From assembly GCA_964457775.1 (NCBI GenBank), contig CAYWEW010000006.1, positions 10,805 through 74,804 of the forward strand: a stretch of DNA of 64,000 bases, written 5' to 3'. Origin of the DNA: an uncultured Candidatus Saccharibacteria bacterium. GTDB taxonomy: Bacteria; Patescibacteriota; Minisyncoccia; Phycocordibacterales; UBA5272. The position numbers and the translations under genes are program-made. Shown piece by piece: positions 22,009-30,822 of this stretch (the first letter of the stretch is position 1; each line of letters opens with the position of its first letter). The notes under the pieces are model-generated. The model had not been told where the DNA came from, made no database searches, and worked only from the letters and a program-made list of their open reading frames with translations.

Positions 22009-23142
22009 ATGAAACTCAAATTAATTGTATTGTTACTGCTCGTCACTATAGTAGCTATTTTATATTTGAAATACTATAACAAAGATGAAGTCTTTAGTAA
22101 AAGTGATTTTGAAGTTCAGACTGAGCAGGTTCTGGGTGCTTCAACAACATCAAGAACCAGTCAATTAAAATCTGAAAGCAAACTTGTTGGCTCTGCTACC
22201 CCTGAGAAAAAGTATATCGATAACCTTTCTTGGGTTGCCCAAACATTTAACAATTGTTCTTCTGTTGGATTAATGATTACACTTTCACATTGGGGTATTG
22301 TGGATACACAAGAAAAGATAGCTGAAGCAACAAGGCCTTGGAATAACCTTAAAGGGGATAACGATGATAAATCTGTAACATTACATGAATTGGCAAAATA
22401 TGCAGAATCGAAACATGGAATGATTACATATGTGAGACCAAATGGTGATATTGAGACTCTTAAGAAGTTTGTGGCTAATGATATTCCAGTGTTAACAAGA
22501 GCTCTTATGTATCCAAAGGACGACATTGTTCATTATAGAGTAATACGTGGTTATGATGATGTTAAAAAAATAGTTATAAACACGGACGGAGTTGAGGGAA
22601 AGAATAAGCCGTATTCATACGATGACTGGATGTATATGTGGAAAGACTTCAATTATTCTTACCTTATAATTGTTCCAAAGGAAAAGAGGGGGCTTGCCGA
22701 GAAGCTACTGGGTGAAGATCTAGACGAAAAGAAAGCTTGGTCAAAAGCCAAAGATAGAGCTTTGAAAGATCTGTCTTTAAATAGTAGTGATTTAAAAGTT
22801 AATTATAATGTAATAACAGCAATGTATTATCTTGGTGAACATGAAAATGTTGTAAAGGAATTTGAAAAAATAGAGAATAAACTTACAAGAAGAAAACTTT
22901 GGTATCAATCTGAACCAATTGAAGCCTATTTTAAATTAGAAAACTATGATCGTGTAATTGAACTTGTTGATTATATTGCAAATGATAATAACAAATCCAT
23001 ATCTGAGCTGTATGTACTTAAAGGTAAAATTCTAGAAAAAAGAATGGATGTTAAAGGTGCAAAAGCGGAATACGAAAAAGCGATATATTATAATAAGCAC
23101 CTTCAGTCAGCCAAAGATGCATTAGAATTAATGAATATTTGA
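22009..23142 (+). CDS. membrane-anchored C39-like (papain-fold) cysteine peptidase domain protein with C-terminal TPR repeats
   Basis: N-terminal TM helix. Q...NNCSSVG contains the Cys with oxyanion Gln, and H-YRVIRGYDD contains the His, fitting Peptidase_C39_2-like architecture. The C-terminal half is TPR-like. Confidence 0.55.
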   Translation: MKLKLIVLLLLVTIVAILYLKYYNKDEVFSKSDFEVQTEQVLGASTTSRTSQLKSESKLVGSATPEKKYIDNLSWVAQTFNNCSSVGLMITLSHWGIVDTQEKIAEATRPWNNLKGDNDDKSVTLHELAKYAESKHGMITYVRPNGDIETLKKFVANDIPVLTRALMYPKDDIVHYRVIRGYDDVKKIVINTDGVEGKNKPYSYDDWMYMWKDFNYSYLIIVPKEKRGLAEKLLGEDLDEKKAWSKAKDRALKDLSLNSSDLKVNYNVITAMYYLGEHENVVKEFEKIENKLTRRKLWYQSEPIEAYFKLENYDRVIELVDYIANDNNKSISELYVLKGKILEKRMDVKGAKAEYEKAIYYNKHLQSAKDALELMNI

Positions 23143-23186
23143 TTTTAAGTATTCACAATTCTATTTACTAATTAATAAAATAAAAT

Positions 23187-23387
23187 ATGATAAAAAACGT
23201 TGGAAATGTTGATAAAATAATCAGAATTATCCTCGCTGTTGGTGCAGTTTATTTGTACATGAGTAGTACGGTTACAGGTGCTCTTGGAATTGTTATGTTG
23301 GTTGTTTCGGTTACACTTGTTCTAACAAGTATACTGAGCTTTTGTCCACTATATAAAGTATTTGGTGTTTCTACCTGCAAAGCTTAG
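23187..23387 (+). CDS. DUF2892 (YgaP-like) small membrane protein
   Basis: IIRIILAVGAV...CPLYKVFGVSTC matches the DUF2892 consensus (RxxRxxxG...CPxYxxxGxxTC). Confidence 0.6.
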   Translation: MIKNVGNVDKIIRIILAVGAVYLYMSSTVTGALGIVMLVVSVTLVLTSILSFCPLYKVFGVSTCKA

Positions 23388-23404
23388 TAATTTGTTTATT
23401 AAAT

Positions 23405-23440
23405 AAAAATCACATCTTACAAAGATGTGATTTTTATTAT
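23405..23440. terminator. bidirectional terminator hairpin
   Basis: AAAAATCACATCTT-acaa-AGATGTGATTTTT sits between convergent genes. Confidence 0.65.
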
Positions 23441-23446
23441 ATTACT

Positions 23447-24208
23447 TTAGCTAATTTGTTTTTTTGCAAATCCTTCAAAAGCTTTTAGAACTTCAACTGG
23501 CACCATATAAACAACTGTATTTGATTGATCAGAAGACATGTCATTAATTGATTGTAATGTTCGAAGATGAAGTGCTCCTGGTGTTCCAGAAAGCATCAAA
23601 GCAGCTTTTGAAATATTTTCTGACGCGGCCAATTCTCCTTCAGAATTAATAATCACAGCACGCTTTTCTCTTTCAGCTTCTGCTTGCTTACCAATGGTTC
23701 TTTCCATTTCTGGTGGCAAACTAACATCTTTTAACTCCACATTTTGAACTTTAAGTCCCCAAGCATCTGTTTCTTTGTCGACTATTTCTCTAATTCTGTC
23801 AGCAATTTTATCTCTGCTTGAAAGAAGTTCGTCTAACGTAACTTCACCTACAATATTTCTCATTGTGGTTTGAGCGTACTGAGAGATTGCATATCTAAAA
23901 TCTTCAACTTCAATTATTGCTTTTTCTGCATCACTAACTTTATAATAAATAACAGCATTAACTTTTACTGAAACATTATCTCTTGTAATTGCATTTTGAT
24001 CGGGGACATCCACAGCTTTTATTCTGATATCAACTTTTTGATAACCTTGAATAACTGGAATAACTATTCTCCAACCTGGCTCCATTATTGAACTGAACTT
24101 ACCAAATGTGAACTTTACACCTCTTTCATATTGGTTAATTTGGCGAATACTTATCACAATAAGAAACAAAGCCGGAAACAAAATAACGTAGGTCATATAA
24201 TTAATCAA
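23447..24208 (-). CDS. SPFH/band-7 (stomatin/prohibitin-like) protein
   Basis: N-terminal TM helix and an SPFH core (YERGVKFTFGKF...VDIRIKAVDVPDQNAITRDNVSVKVNAVIYYKV), followed by a coiled-coil. Confidence 0.85.
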   Translation of the reverse strand: MINYMTYVILFPALFLIVISIRQINQYERGVKFTFGKFSSIMEPGWRIVIPVIQGYQKVDIRIKAVDVPDQNAITRDNVSVKVNAVIYYKVSDAEKAIIEVEDFRYAISQYAQTTMRNIVGEVTLDELLSSRDKIADRIREIVDKETDAWGLKVQNVELKDVSLPPEMERTIGKQAEAEREKRAVIINSEGELAASENISKAALMLSGTPGALHLRTLQSINDMSSDQSNTVVYMVPVEVLKAFEGFAKKQIS

Positions 24209-24258
24209 TAAAATAATAAAAATCTATAGTTTAAAGTATATTCCTAAAATTAGAAATA

Positions 24259-25929
24259 TCAAATTAATTCTCTATTTTTAACAATAGTTGGAGTTTTTGT
24301 TAACATTAGCCCAATAAGAATGATTGTAAATATAACAAAAGCTAAGAGGTAAACTACATTATTTTCTGATAATGTTTTATAAAGCACAAAAGAACTAATA
24401 GCTCCGTAGATAAGTGATATCGCTGTAAAGAATAGTCCTGGCATACTTGTGCTTGTTGTCTCCGGATCGTCAGTTTCTCTACTTGGGAAAACAGCACCAA
24501 GAGATAGTCCAAAAGTTACAATCAACATAATTGTAGAAACAAAGAGTAGTGTTGAATAAAATGCATGAGTGAATATCACCCCAATAACGGCATTATTAAT
24601 ATAGTTCATTACTATACCAACAAAAACAAAAAACAGAGTATAGAATAAATATTTACCAAAAAATATTTTAGTAAAACTAAGAGGGGCACTTCCCAATATC
24701 CAGGCGGTTTTCTTTTCTGTGCTAAACGAAGGGAAAACAAAACGTAAGGCAAATGAACTTATAAAATAAACAGCAATAAGATACTGCAATAATTGCAATA
24801 CTATAATTCTTTGTGACATGTCAGGTTGATGTCTCTGTATATTTTGATTCATTATTACATTTGTGCCTATCTGTAATAGCCAAATAAATAAAAGAAACAA
24901 AAACCAAAGTACACCTTTAAAATTTCTACTAGAAATCAAAGCTTCCTTTTGGAAAAGTGAAAAAATTTTACCTCCACTGAAACTATAAGTAATTTTATTT
25001 GTAGAGGATAAAACATTATCGGTGTTCGAATTTCCTTCTTGGAATCTTTGCCAAAGCATATAAAACAGGGAAGTGGTCTTTAAAAAAACAAATATAGAAA
25101 TAAGAGAAATCACAAACACAATTACAAGATAAAAAATAGCACCACTGGTTTGATTGATTTGCCAATTTATTATCTCCATTGCAACTGGGTGAGTTGGTAA
25201 ATAAGTGAAGTTGCTTGCCATATTTGAAATACTTACCAGAGAACTTACTTCATCTGCCTTAAAAATCTTATACAAATCAATACTTTTAAATATTTTCCAA
25301 ACAGCAAAAATCGAGGAAGAAAATATTAAGATTAAAAGTAAGATTAAGCCTCTAAAAGAGAATTTAATGTAATTTAATTTTCTGGAAAGAAAGTGATAGA
25401 TGAAACTGACCAAAATTATTACAATTAACGCCAAAGCATTCAGGAATAACAATAATAGAAATATAGTAATTATAATCGAAAAAATACCGATAGTGCTCAA
25501 ATCATAAACCTTATTAAGAGCAAGAATTGCCGGTAAAAACATTATTAATAAAGGTAGCGAAGAACTCATAACACCTTTTATGAAAACAACTTTTGGAAAT
25601 ATGCTAAATTTTGGTGAACTTAATACCCAATTATTGTTTTCACTACGAAATAGATTAAAAATACCCGAAATAGTTGAGCTAAACATAATAATTCCAGCAA
25701 GAACTAACAAAAATAATTCATACAAAAATAGTGATAGAGCTAATCTTATATCTTCTTCGGCACCAGCATTAATATATCTAAATCCTGAGACAAAAAAATG
25801 ATAAATACCTAGACTCACAAAAACAAACACTGAGAAAAACAACAAACTAGTAATTGTTTTTGCTAGCGTTTTAGTTTTAAAATATTTTATTATTTTTTCT
25901 AATTCAAATTTTAAAAAAAGCCTAAGCAT
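24259..25929 (-). CDS. ABC transporter permease (polytopic membrane protein, ABC-2-like)
   Basis: More than 12 predicted TM helices. It lies immediately downstream of the ABC ATPase gene on the same strand. Confidence 0.6.
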   Translation of the reverse strand: MLRLFLKFELEKIIKYFKTKTLAKTITSLLFFSVFVFVSLGIYHFFVSGFRYINAGAEEDIRLALSLFLYELFLLVLAGIIMFSSTISGIFNLFRSENNNWVLSSPKFSIFPKVVFIKGVMSSSLPLLIMFLPAILALNKVYDLSTIGIFSIIITIFLLLLFLNALALIVIILVSFIYHFLSRKLNYIKFSFRGLILLLILIFSSSIFAVWKIFKSIDLYKIFKADEVSSLVSISNMASNFTYLPTHPVAMEIINWQINQTSGAIFYLVIVFVISLISIFVFLKTTSLFYMLWQRFQEGNSNTDNVLSSTNKITYSFSGGKIFSLFQKEALISSRNFKGVLWFLFLLFIWLLQIGTNVIMNQNIQRHQPDMSQRIIVLQLLQYLIAVYFISSFALRFVFPSFSTEKKTAWILGSAPLSFTKIFFGKYLFYTLFFVFVGIVMNYINNAVIGVIFTHAFYSTLLFVSTIMLIVTFGLSLGAVFPSRETDDPETTSTSMPGLFFTAISLIYGAISSFVLYKTLSENNVVYLLAFVIFTIILIGLMLTKTPTIVKNRELI

Positions 25930-25938
25930 ATTTATTAA

Positions 25939-26658
25939 TTAAGCTAGTTTTTTATAAACCTCTTCTAAAGTTGAATTTTCTCCTAACGCTGCTTTTTGTC
26001 TCAGTTCTGTTATTGTTCCTACAGCAGTTAATTTACCATTTTTTAAGATTCCGATGCGATGTGATATTTCTTGTGCGACAGGAAGGGTGTGTGTCACTAA
26101 TAATACAGAACCACCATTGTTCGCATAATCTACAAAAAGTTTTTTTGCAATTTCAGCACCCATTGGATCGAGCCCGACAACAGGTTCGTCAATTAGCAAC
26201 AATTTTGGATGATGAGATAGTGCAGTAATGATGCTGAATTTTTGTTTATTTCCCCTTGAGTGTTCTTCAAAGTACTTTTTTTCCAAACCGTTTAAATTGA
26301 AAATATCTAATAATTTTTTCAAATTATGTGAAGATTTATTTTCTTTTACGTCGAATAGTGATTGAGTAAAATGTAAAAATTCTTCTCCTGTCATATATGG
26401 CCAAACAGATGGTTCATCCGGTATATATCCAATTTGAGCTTTTGCTTTTTCTGGATTCTTTACAATATTGTATTCACCAACAATAATATCTCCACTTGTT
26501 GGTTTAAGTAAGCCAACAATACTTTTAATAATTGTAGTTTTACCTGAGCTGTTAGGTCCAATAAGTGAAAAAATTTCTCCCTCCTTAATATCAAAGCTTA
26601 CACCATCAATGGCTTTATTATTACCAAAATATTTTGTGAGATTATTTATTTTAAGCAT
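25939..26658 (-). CDS. ABC transporter ATP-binding protein
   Basis: Walker A GPNSSGKTT, signature HSRGNKQKFSI and Walker B LLLIDEPVVGLD. Confidence 0.9.
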   Translation of the reverse strand: MLKINNLTKYFGNNKAIDGVSFDIKEGEIFSLIGPNSSGKTTIIKSIVGLLKPTSGDIIVGEYNIVKNPEKAKAQIGYIPDEPSVWPYMTGEEFLHFTQSLFDVKENKSSHNLKKLLDIFNLNGLEKKYFEEHSRGNKQKFSIITALSHHPKLLLIDEPVVGLDPMGAEIAKKLFVDYANNGGSVLLVTHTLPVAQEISHRIGILKNGKLTAVGTITELRQKAALGENSTLEEVYKKLA

Positions 26659-26809
26659 AATTTCAGTATATTAAATATATATAGATTGTGCTAGGCATTC
26701 GCAATTACAATTCAGTAAAAAAATGTTTTTCATATTGTTGTGTAAAAACAAACCCCCCGACAGTGTAGTTGTCAGGGGGCAATGAAGTGTGATGTTCTCG
26801 ATTACTTCA

Positions 26810-27202
26810 TCATTTGATACCGTATACGATGCGGATGAGGGCACGAAGCGCTCTCGGGAGGTTCCGACCATTCTCGTAACGAGAACCACCGGATTGAGTG
26901 ACGCCGACAGCCATCCAGAAATCTTTTTGATTGAGGCCGATTTTTTGACGTACCTCTTTCAGCTTTTTGGGTGACAAAGGTTTGAAGTTCGGCTTCACCT
27001 TGTCGTTGTACACGAAACGAATGAGTGCACGTACGAACTTCGGAATGTTTCTACTGCTTTCATAGCGAGAACCACCGGATTGAGTGACACCCAAAGCCCA
27101 CCAGAATTTACCCTGGTTGAGCTTAAGTTTCCGTCGTCTCTCCTTCAGTTTTCCTGCTATGAATGTTTTGAAACAAGGTTTCTTTTGCCCGATTGGGGAC
27201 AT
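26810..27202 (-). CDS. single-chain tandem XRE-type HTH DNA-binding protein (two HTH repeats)
   Basis: Two repeats of LNQ(G/K)xFWxA(L/V)GVTQSGGSRYExxRN(I/L)PxxxRALIRxVY, matching the XRE-HTH pattern G.SQS.VSR.E.G.R.P. The repeat is also visible at nucleotide level (cgagaaccaccggattgagtgac twice). GC is about 50% against a genome value of about 35%. Confidence 0.6.
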   Translation of the reverse strand: MSPIGQKKPCFKTFIAGKLKERRRKLKLNQGKFWWALGVTQSGGSRYESSRNIPKFVRALIRFVYNDKVKPNFKPLSPKKLKEVRQKIGLNQKDFWMAVGVTQSGGSRYENGRNLPRALRALIRIVYGIK

Positions 27203-27288
27203 ATATACTTCCTTTCGTAAGTTTATGGACAGAACTACATTTTTACACTATAATATATAGTCAACATTGTCAATAATTTCTTATAGTA

Positions 27289-27735
27289 TTATTTCTCAAC
27301 TCTTTTTCTTAATTCATCTATCACAGCCTTCTCCCAGTACTTCATTGAATACCAACCAATGAGAGGTTTTGCAACTATTCTTAGCCACTGTTTATGAATA
27401 GCGACTTGATACAGATAATCAATTTGAGTCCCGTCCCTATGTTCAGACATTATGAATTCTTCATGACCAGAAGTTCCGAACTTAGGGCTTACATTATCAG
27501 AAATGTAACCTTTTCCAGGAAGGATTGTGGTTTTCATTTTTACTGGAAAATTTTGGCCAAATGATTTTGCGGTTGCATTCATTTCTAAATAATTTCCTTC
27601 ACGTTTAGTTACGCGTATAGAGTCTGCAACTTTTGGAAAATATTTAGGGAAATTTTCAAAGTCAGACATGATTTTAAATACATCTGATATTGGTGCTTTT
27701 ATAATCCATTTAGCACGAAGAGTAATATCTTTCAT
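27289..27735 (-). CDS. SRPBCC (polyketide cyclase/START-like) family protein
   Basis: Polyketide_cyc2-like pattern: IKAPISDVFKIMSDFENFPKYFP... Confidence 0.65.
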   Translation of the reverse strand: MKDITLRAKWIIKAPISDVFKIMSDFENFPKYFPKVADSIRVTKREGNYLEMNATAKSFGQNFPVKMKTTILPGKGYISDNVSPKFGTSGHEEFIMSEHRDGTQIDYLYQVAIHKQWLRIVAKPLIGWYSMKYWEKAVIDELRKRVEK

Positions 27736-27785
27736 ATATAAAAAAGTGTAGCAGAAAAATTAAAAATATAAAATGTAAATATATA

Positions 27786-27824
27786 AAAAGCCACCGACAA
27801 GCGATGGCTTTCGGTGGAAAAAAT
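27786..27824 (-). terminator. intrinsic terminator of the island family GCCACCGA..TCGGTGGC
   Basis: Minus-strand RNA CCACCGAAAGCCAUCGCUUGUCGGUGGCUUUUUAUAUA. Confidence 0.65.
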
Positions 27825-27831
27825 TATTTCA

Positions 27832-28041
27832 TTAATCAGGAATTATGACATCCTTCCATGATTGTGGAATGAGTTTGCTATCGATTCCAAAACTTTTTCC
27901 GCACGCTTCACAACTTACTTCGAATGTAGAGGAGTGATGAGAAATTTCATTGTAGTGTATATCTTTTGAAAAGACACCAAGTGAAGATTTGCAACGTGGG
28001 CACTCGACTGTGATGTAATTGTTATTCTTCAAAACTTTCAT
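27832..28041 (-). CDS. small zinc-ribbon protein
   Basis: CPRC...CEAC motifs. The start is taken at MKVLKNNNY, which is preceded by GGAGA. Confidence 0.5.
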   Translation of the reverse strand: MKVLKNNNYITVECPRCKSSLGVFSKDIHYNEISHHSSTFEVSCEACGKSFGIDSKLIPQSWKDVIIPD

Positions 28042-28096
28042 TTGTATCTCCATGTGTGTAAGAGGTCAACAAACATAATGGGTGGGAGGTTTGGGA

Positions 28097-28369
28097 TTAT
28101 CTTTCTAAGGGAATGAGTATTAATCCGGGGTTTTTCCCAGTTGATTCCCAATCAATCCTGTAGCCCATTTTAGCAAAATGTTCCTCTGAATATTTTCTGA
28201 TGTATCCCAACCGCATTTTCCACCAATTATCAAAGGCAGAGAATTGAGCTGAAGCTGACCAGAAATTCATCGTCATCGGATTTTTATTTTCTGCGTCAAA
28301 TTTTGCAAGAGCATCCAGACATTCTTTCTTCCACTCGTCAGCAGTTTTCTCGGTGAGAAGGGTTTGCAT
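28097..28369 (-). CDS. hypothetical small protein (90 aa)
   Basis: TTGACA-N18-TATTAT promoter at about 28400-28430, AGGAGA RBS, and a terminator of the island family downstream. Confidence 0.5.
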   Translation of the reverse strand: MQTLLTEKTADEWKKECLDALAKFDAENKNPMTMNFWSASAQFSAFDNWWKMRLGYIRKYSEEHFAKMGYRIDWESTGKNPGLILIPLER

Positions 28370-28495
28370 TACGGTCTCCTAAAGGAACAATACTCACATA
28401 ATACAATGATTATCTATATGTTGTCAAGTTATTTAAGAGATGGGTAAATTTATTTATATTCAATAAAATAACAGTACAGTGGTTAATATATAAAT

Positions 28496-28530
28496 GAAAG
28501 CCACCGACAAGCGATGGCTTTCGGTGGTGT
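28496..28530 (-). terminator. intrinsic terminator (island family)
   Basis: The same CCACCGA-loop-TCGGTGG hairpin, followed by T-rich sequence on the minus strand. Confidence 0.6.
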
Positions 28531-28545
28531 TTAAGTTTGAGTTAT

Positions 28546-29187
28546 TCAGTAAATAATATTTGCATCATACAATGCAGTAATCAGCTTCCTTCTGTCTGGA
28601 TTATAAACAAACATTTTCTCTTTGATTTCTGAAGGTGCGAGAGCTCGTGCTTCTCCTTCTTTTTCATTCACACGATGGAGCGCGTCATAGACATCAGCAA
28701 TGGCAACAATACGGCCGTACTCACGAATCAAGAGCTTGGTAGTCTGTCTATAATTATGAAGATATTGAGGTAGAACATCAGGGTAACCATCATCTTGGAA
28801 CTTGTGATGCCAGAGCATAGCCTCTGCTGTGAAATCAAAGCGTCCACGCAAGAGTCGATATCCATCCAAAACATGGTTCTCAATTTCTTCCTGGTCTTTT
28901 TCACTCCATGTACCAACTTTACCGAGCACATCAAGACATGTCTGACATTTACCAAGATCATGTAGTGCCCCTGCAAGGAAAAGTGGTTTTGATTCATGAT
29001 GAGTAAAATTACCAATCTTCATTGCGAGCAAACCCACACGAAGTGAATGCTCGTAGTGGAAACGAGTGACTGCGCTTTTGTCTCGCAACGGTGCGAGTAT
29101 AGAGCGTAAATGATTTTGGTTGGTTGTTGTTATCCCGATTGCTTTGGCAGTTTCCCAAAACGTAACTTCCGTCTTCGATGTTTTCAT
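28546..29187 (-). CDS. stand-alone HD-GYP domain protein (213 aa)
   Basis: Motifs HYEHSLRV, ALHDLGK, WHHKFQDDGYP (HHExxDGxGYP) and IADVYDALHRV. Confidence 0.7.
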   Translation of the reverse strand: MKTSKTEVTFWETAKAIGITTTNQNHLRSILAPLRDKSAVTRFHYEHSLRVGLLAMKIGNFTHHESKPLFLAGALHDLGKCQTCLDVLGKVGTWSEKDQEEIENHVLDGYRLLRGRFDFTAEAMLWHHKFQDDGYPDVLPQYLHNYRQTTKLLIREYGRIVAIADVYDALHRVNEKEGEARALAPSEIKEKMFVYNPDRRKLITALYDANIIY

Positions 29188-29371
29188 TAGTTATTATCCT
29201 TTCTGAAATTGAACTATTTCTAATATAAAACTATATAACAGGGGGAGGTTTGTCAAGCTAATAATCTATTATTTGTGGAAAATATAATGTGTGGTCAGTA
29301 CATAAAACAAGAAACCGCCAAAGCAATTTCTTGCTAGCGGTTATGAGAATATTGTAAAACTGATTTCTAAT

Positions 29372-29647
29372 TCAACGCAATATATAACTGTGAAGAAACT
29401 GACCAACGAACCCCAAGTTGTTCACATGGTACCAAGTTGTCCACGCTGAAACAAAAAAGAAAGGAGTGGAGATCAAAATAATCATATGGGGGATTCCGTC
29501 CAGTCCTCGACCTTTAATGTCTATTCCAACATAAACATAAAAACATGTGTTGAGCACTGTCAGTGTGATCAAAACTATAGTGGAAAAAGTCGAGGCAACG
29601 AACCAACCTGCAAAAACGAGAGCAGTAATCACAAAAATTTGTAACAT
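29372..29647 (-). CDS. small integral membrane protein (3 TM)
   Basis: Hydrophobic protein. It lies 11 nt downstream of the preceding gene and is probably bicistronic with it. Confidence 0.45.
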   Translation of the reverse strand: MLQIFVITALVFAGWFVASTFSTIVLITLTVLNTCFYVYVGIDIKGRGLDGIPHMIILISTPFFFVSAWTTWYHVNNLGFVGQFLHSYILR

Positions 29648-29658
29648 CTATACTCCTC

Positions 29659-29892
29659 TTATTTGAAATGAATAGTTAGTTCTGTGGGGTCATAGCATCC
29701 TACCGTTCCATCTTTATGCTTGACTTCATAGCACAGTCCATGAGAATCGTGGTGAGCTATGACTTCACCTTCAACCCCCCACTTACGTCGTTTTTTTCCT
29801 TCTTCAGTCCATGAATCAGCATTTGCTTCATCTTCTTGAGTGGTTCTAACGAGAGTTCCAGGAGAAATGGGTGGGTATTTTCCCGCGTTCAC
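29659..29892 (-). CDS. hypothetical small protein (GTG start)
   Basis: Strong promoter TTGACA-N17/18-TTATAAT at 29941-29970 and an AGGAA RBS. No recognisable domain. Confidence 0.5.
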   Translation of the reverse strand: MNAGKYPPISPGTLVRTTQEDEANADSWTEEGKKRRKWGVEGEVIAHHDSHGLCYEVKHKDGTVGCYDPTELTIHFK

Positions 29893-29940
29893 TGAGATTC
29901 CTTTCTAATCGATTATGTTTAAATGAAAAAGAACAAAAGC

Positions 29941-29970
29941 ATTATAACAATAAATATTAGCTTTTGTCAA
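29941..29970 (-). promoter_or_regulatory. sigma70 promoter for the 29659..29892 unit
   Basis: Minus strand TTGACAaaagctaatatttattgTTATAATgcTTTTGTTCTTT. Confidence 0.6.
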
Positions 29971-30058
29971 TTTTTAAATGATATCACGTGATGGAAATTA
30001 TTATATAAAACAAGAAGTCGCCACTAAGGTGACCCTTGTGGCGACTGTTGCAAAAACT

Positions 30059-30244
30059 TCACGATACAAGTTCTTTAGTGGTAGGAATTGTATTCTTACC
30101 ACAGTCAGGGCATTTTACTCCCTTTAACCCAACACTAATTAGTGTGGTAAACTTTTTCCATCTGGACTGTTTCTCCAAAGATTCAACAATACGACGACCT
30201 TCCCACTGGCAGTGAGGGCATTTTAGTCTTTTTTCAAGAGTCAC
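30059..30244 (-). CDS. small zinc-ribbon protein (probable GTG start)
   Basis: CPHC...CPDC motifs. The ORF-track ATG overlaps the -10 box, so a GTG start after GGAGAAAGAT is used. A terminator lies downstream. Confidence 0.5.
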   Translation of the reverse strand: MTLEKRLKCPHCQWEGRRIVESLEKQSRWKKFTTLISVGLKGVKCPDCGKNTIPTTKELVS

Positions 30245-30374
30245 ATCTTTCTCCAAAACGAACAATAATCTCATAATACAATGATTGTATATTTCTTGTC
30301 AATTATATCAAATAGCAGTAATTATATTCATAATACTTGATTGGAAGTAAACGTGAAAATGTCGGGAGCAAATA

Positions 30375-30410
30375 GAAACCACCGAACGCGCGGTGGCTTT
30401 CGGTGGGGAG
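30375..30410 (-). terminator. intrinsic terminator (island family)
   Basis: Minus strand CCACCGAA-agccaccgcgcg-TTCGGTGG followed by TTTCTATTT. Confidence 0.6.
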
Positions 30411-30418
30411 TTGATTTC

Positions 30419-30634
30419 TTAATCATCGCCAAAAAGTGCATCGCCAATGGCGGCGCCAATGAAGTCTCCTCCGACCAGTCCGCCGATTAACGTGCTATCA
30501 GTTACAGCACCAACAACGAAGCTTGTAAAAAAATCGCCATCATCTTCGTATGACACTTGACGGTATGCAACTGGACACTTGTGACTTTGTCCAGGATGAA
30601 GGATAGTCCCGCACCTGCATTTTTTCTGACTCAT
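30419..30634 (-). CDS. small peptide with an N-terminal Cys/His cluster and a C-terminal glycine-zipper hydrophobic segment (71 aa)
   Basis: MSQKKCRCGTILHPGQSHKCP ... GGLVGGDFIGAAIGDALFG (GxxxG repeats). GAGG RBS. TTGACA-N17-TATACT promoter. Confidence 0.5.
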   Translation of the reverse strand: MSQKKCRCGTILHPGQSHKCPVAYRQVSYEDDGDFFTSFVVGAVTDSTLIGGLVGGDFIGAAIGDALFGDD

Positions 30635-30700
30635 GGTAACCTCATGGATTATTAAAGAACAAAAATAGTATACCATAATATACTGAATCTGTCAACAAAG

Positions 30701-30770
30701 TTCCAATTAGTAAACAAGCTCCAAACCTTTGAAAAGGGGAAGTATGGGAGTGTGATGAGAGCATAAAAAC
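30701..30770. repeat. conserved promoter-upstream element, copy A (degenerate)
   Basis: Aligns to the 68-nt family GCTCCAACTGGTAAACAAGTTCAGAACTTTTGATTGGAGGAAGTATGAGAATGTGGTGAGTATATAAAA. Confidence 0.5.
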
Positions 30771-30822
30771 AAGAAACCGCCAGATCATACTGATCCAGCG
30801 GCAGAATTGCTTTATTCATATA

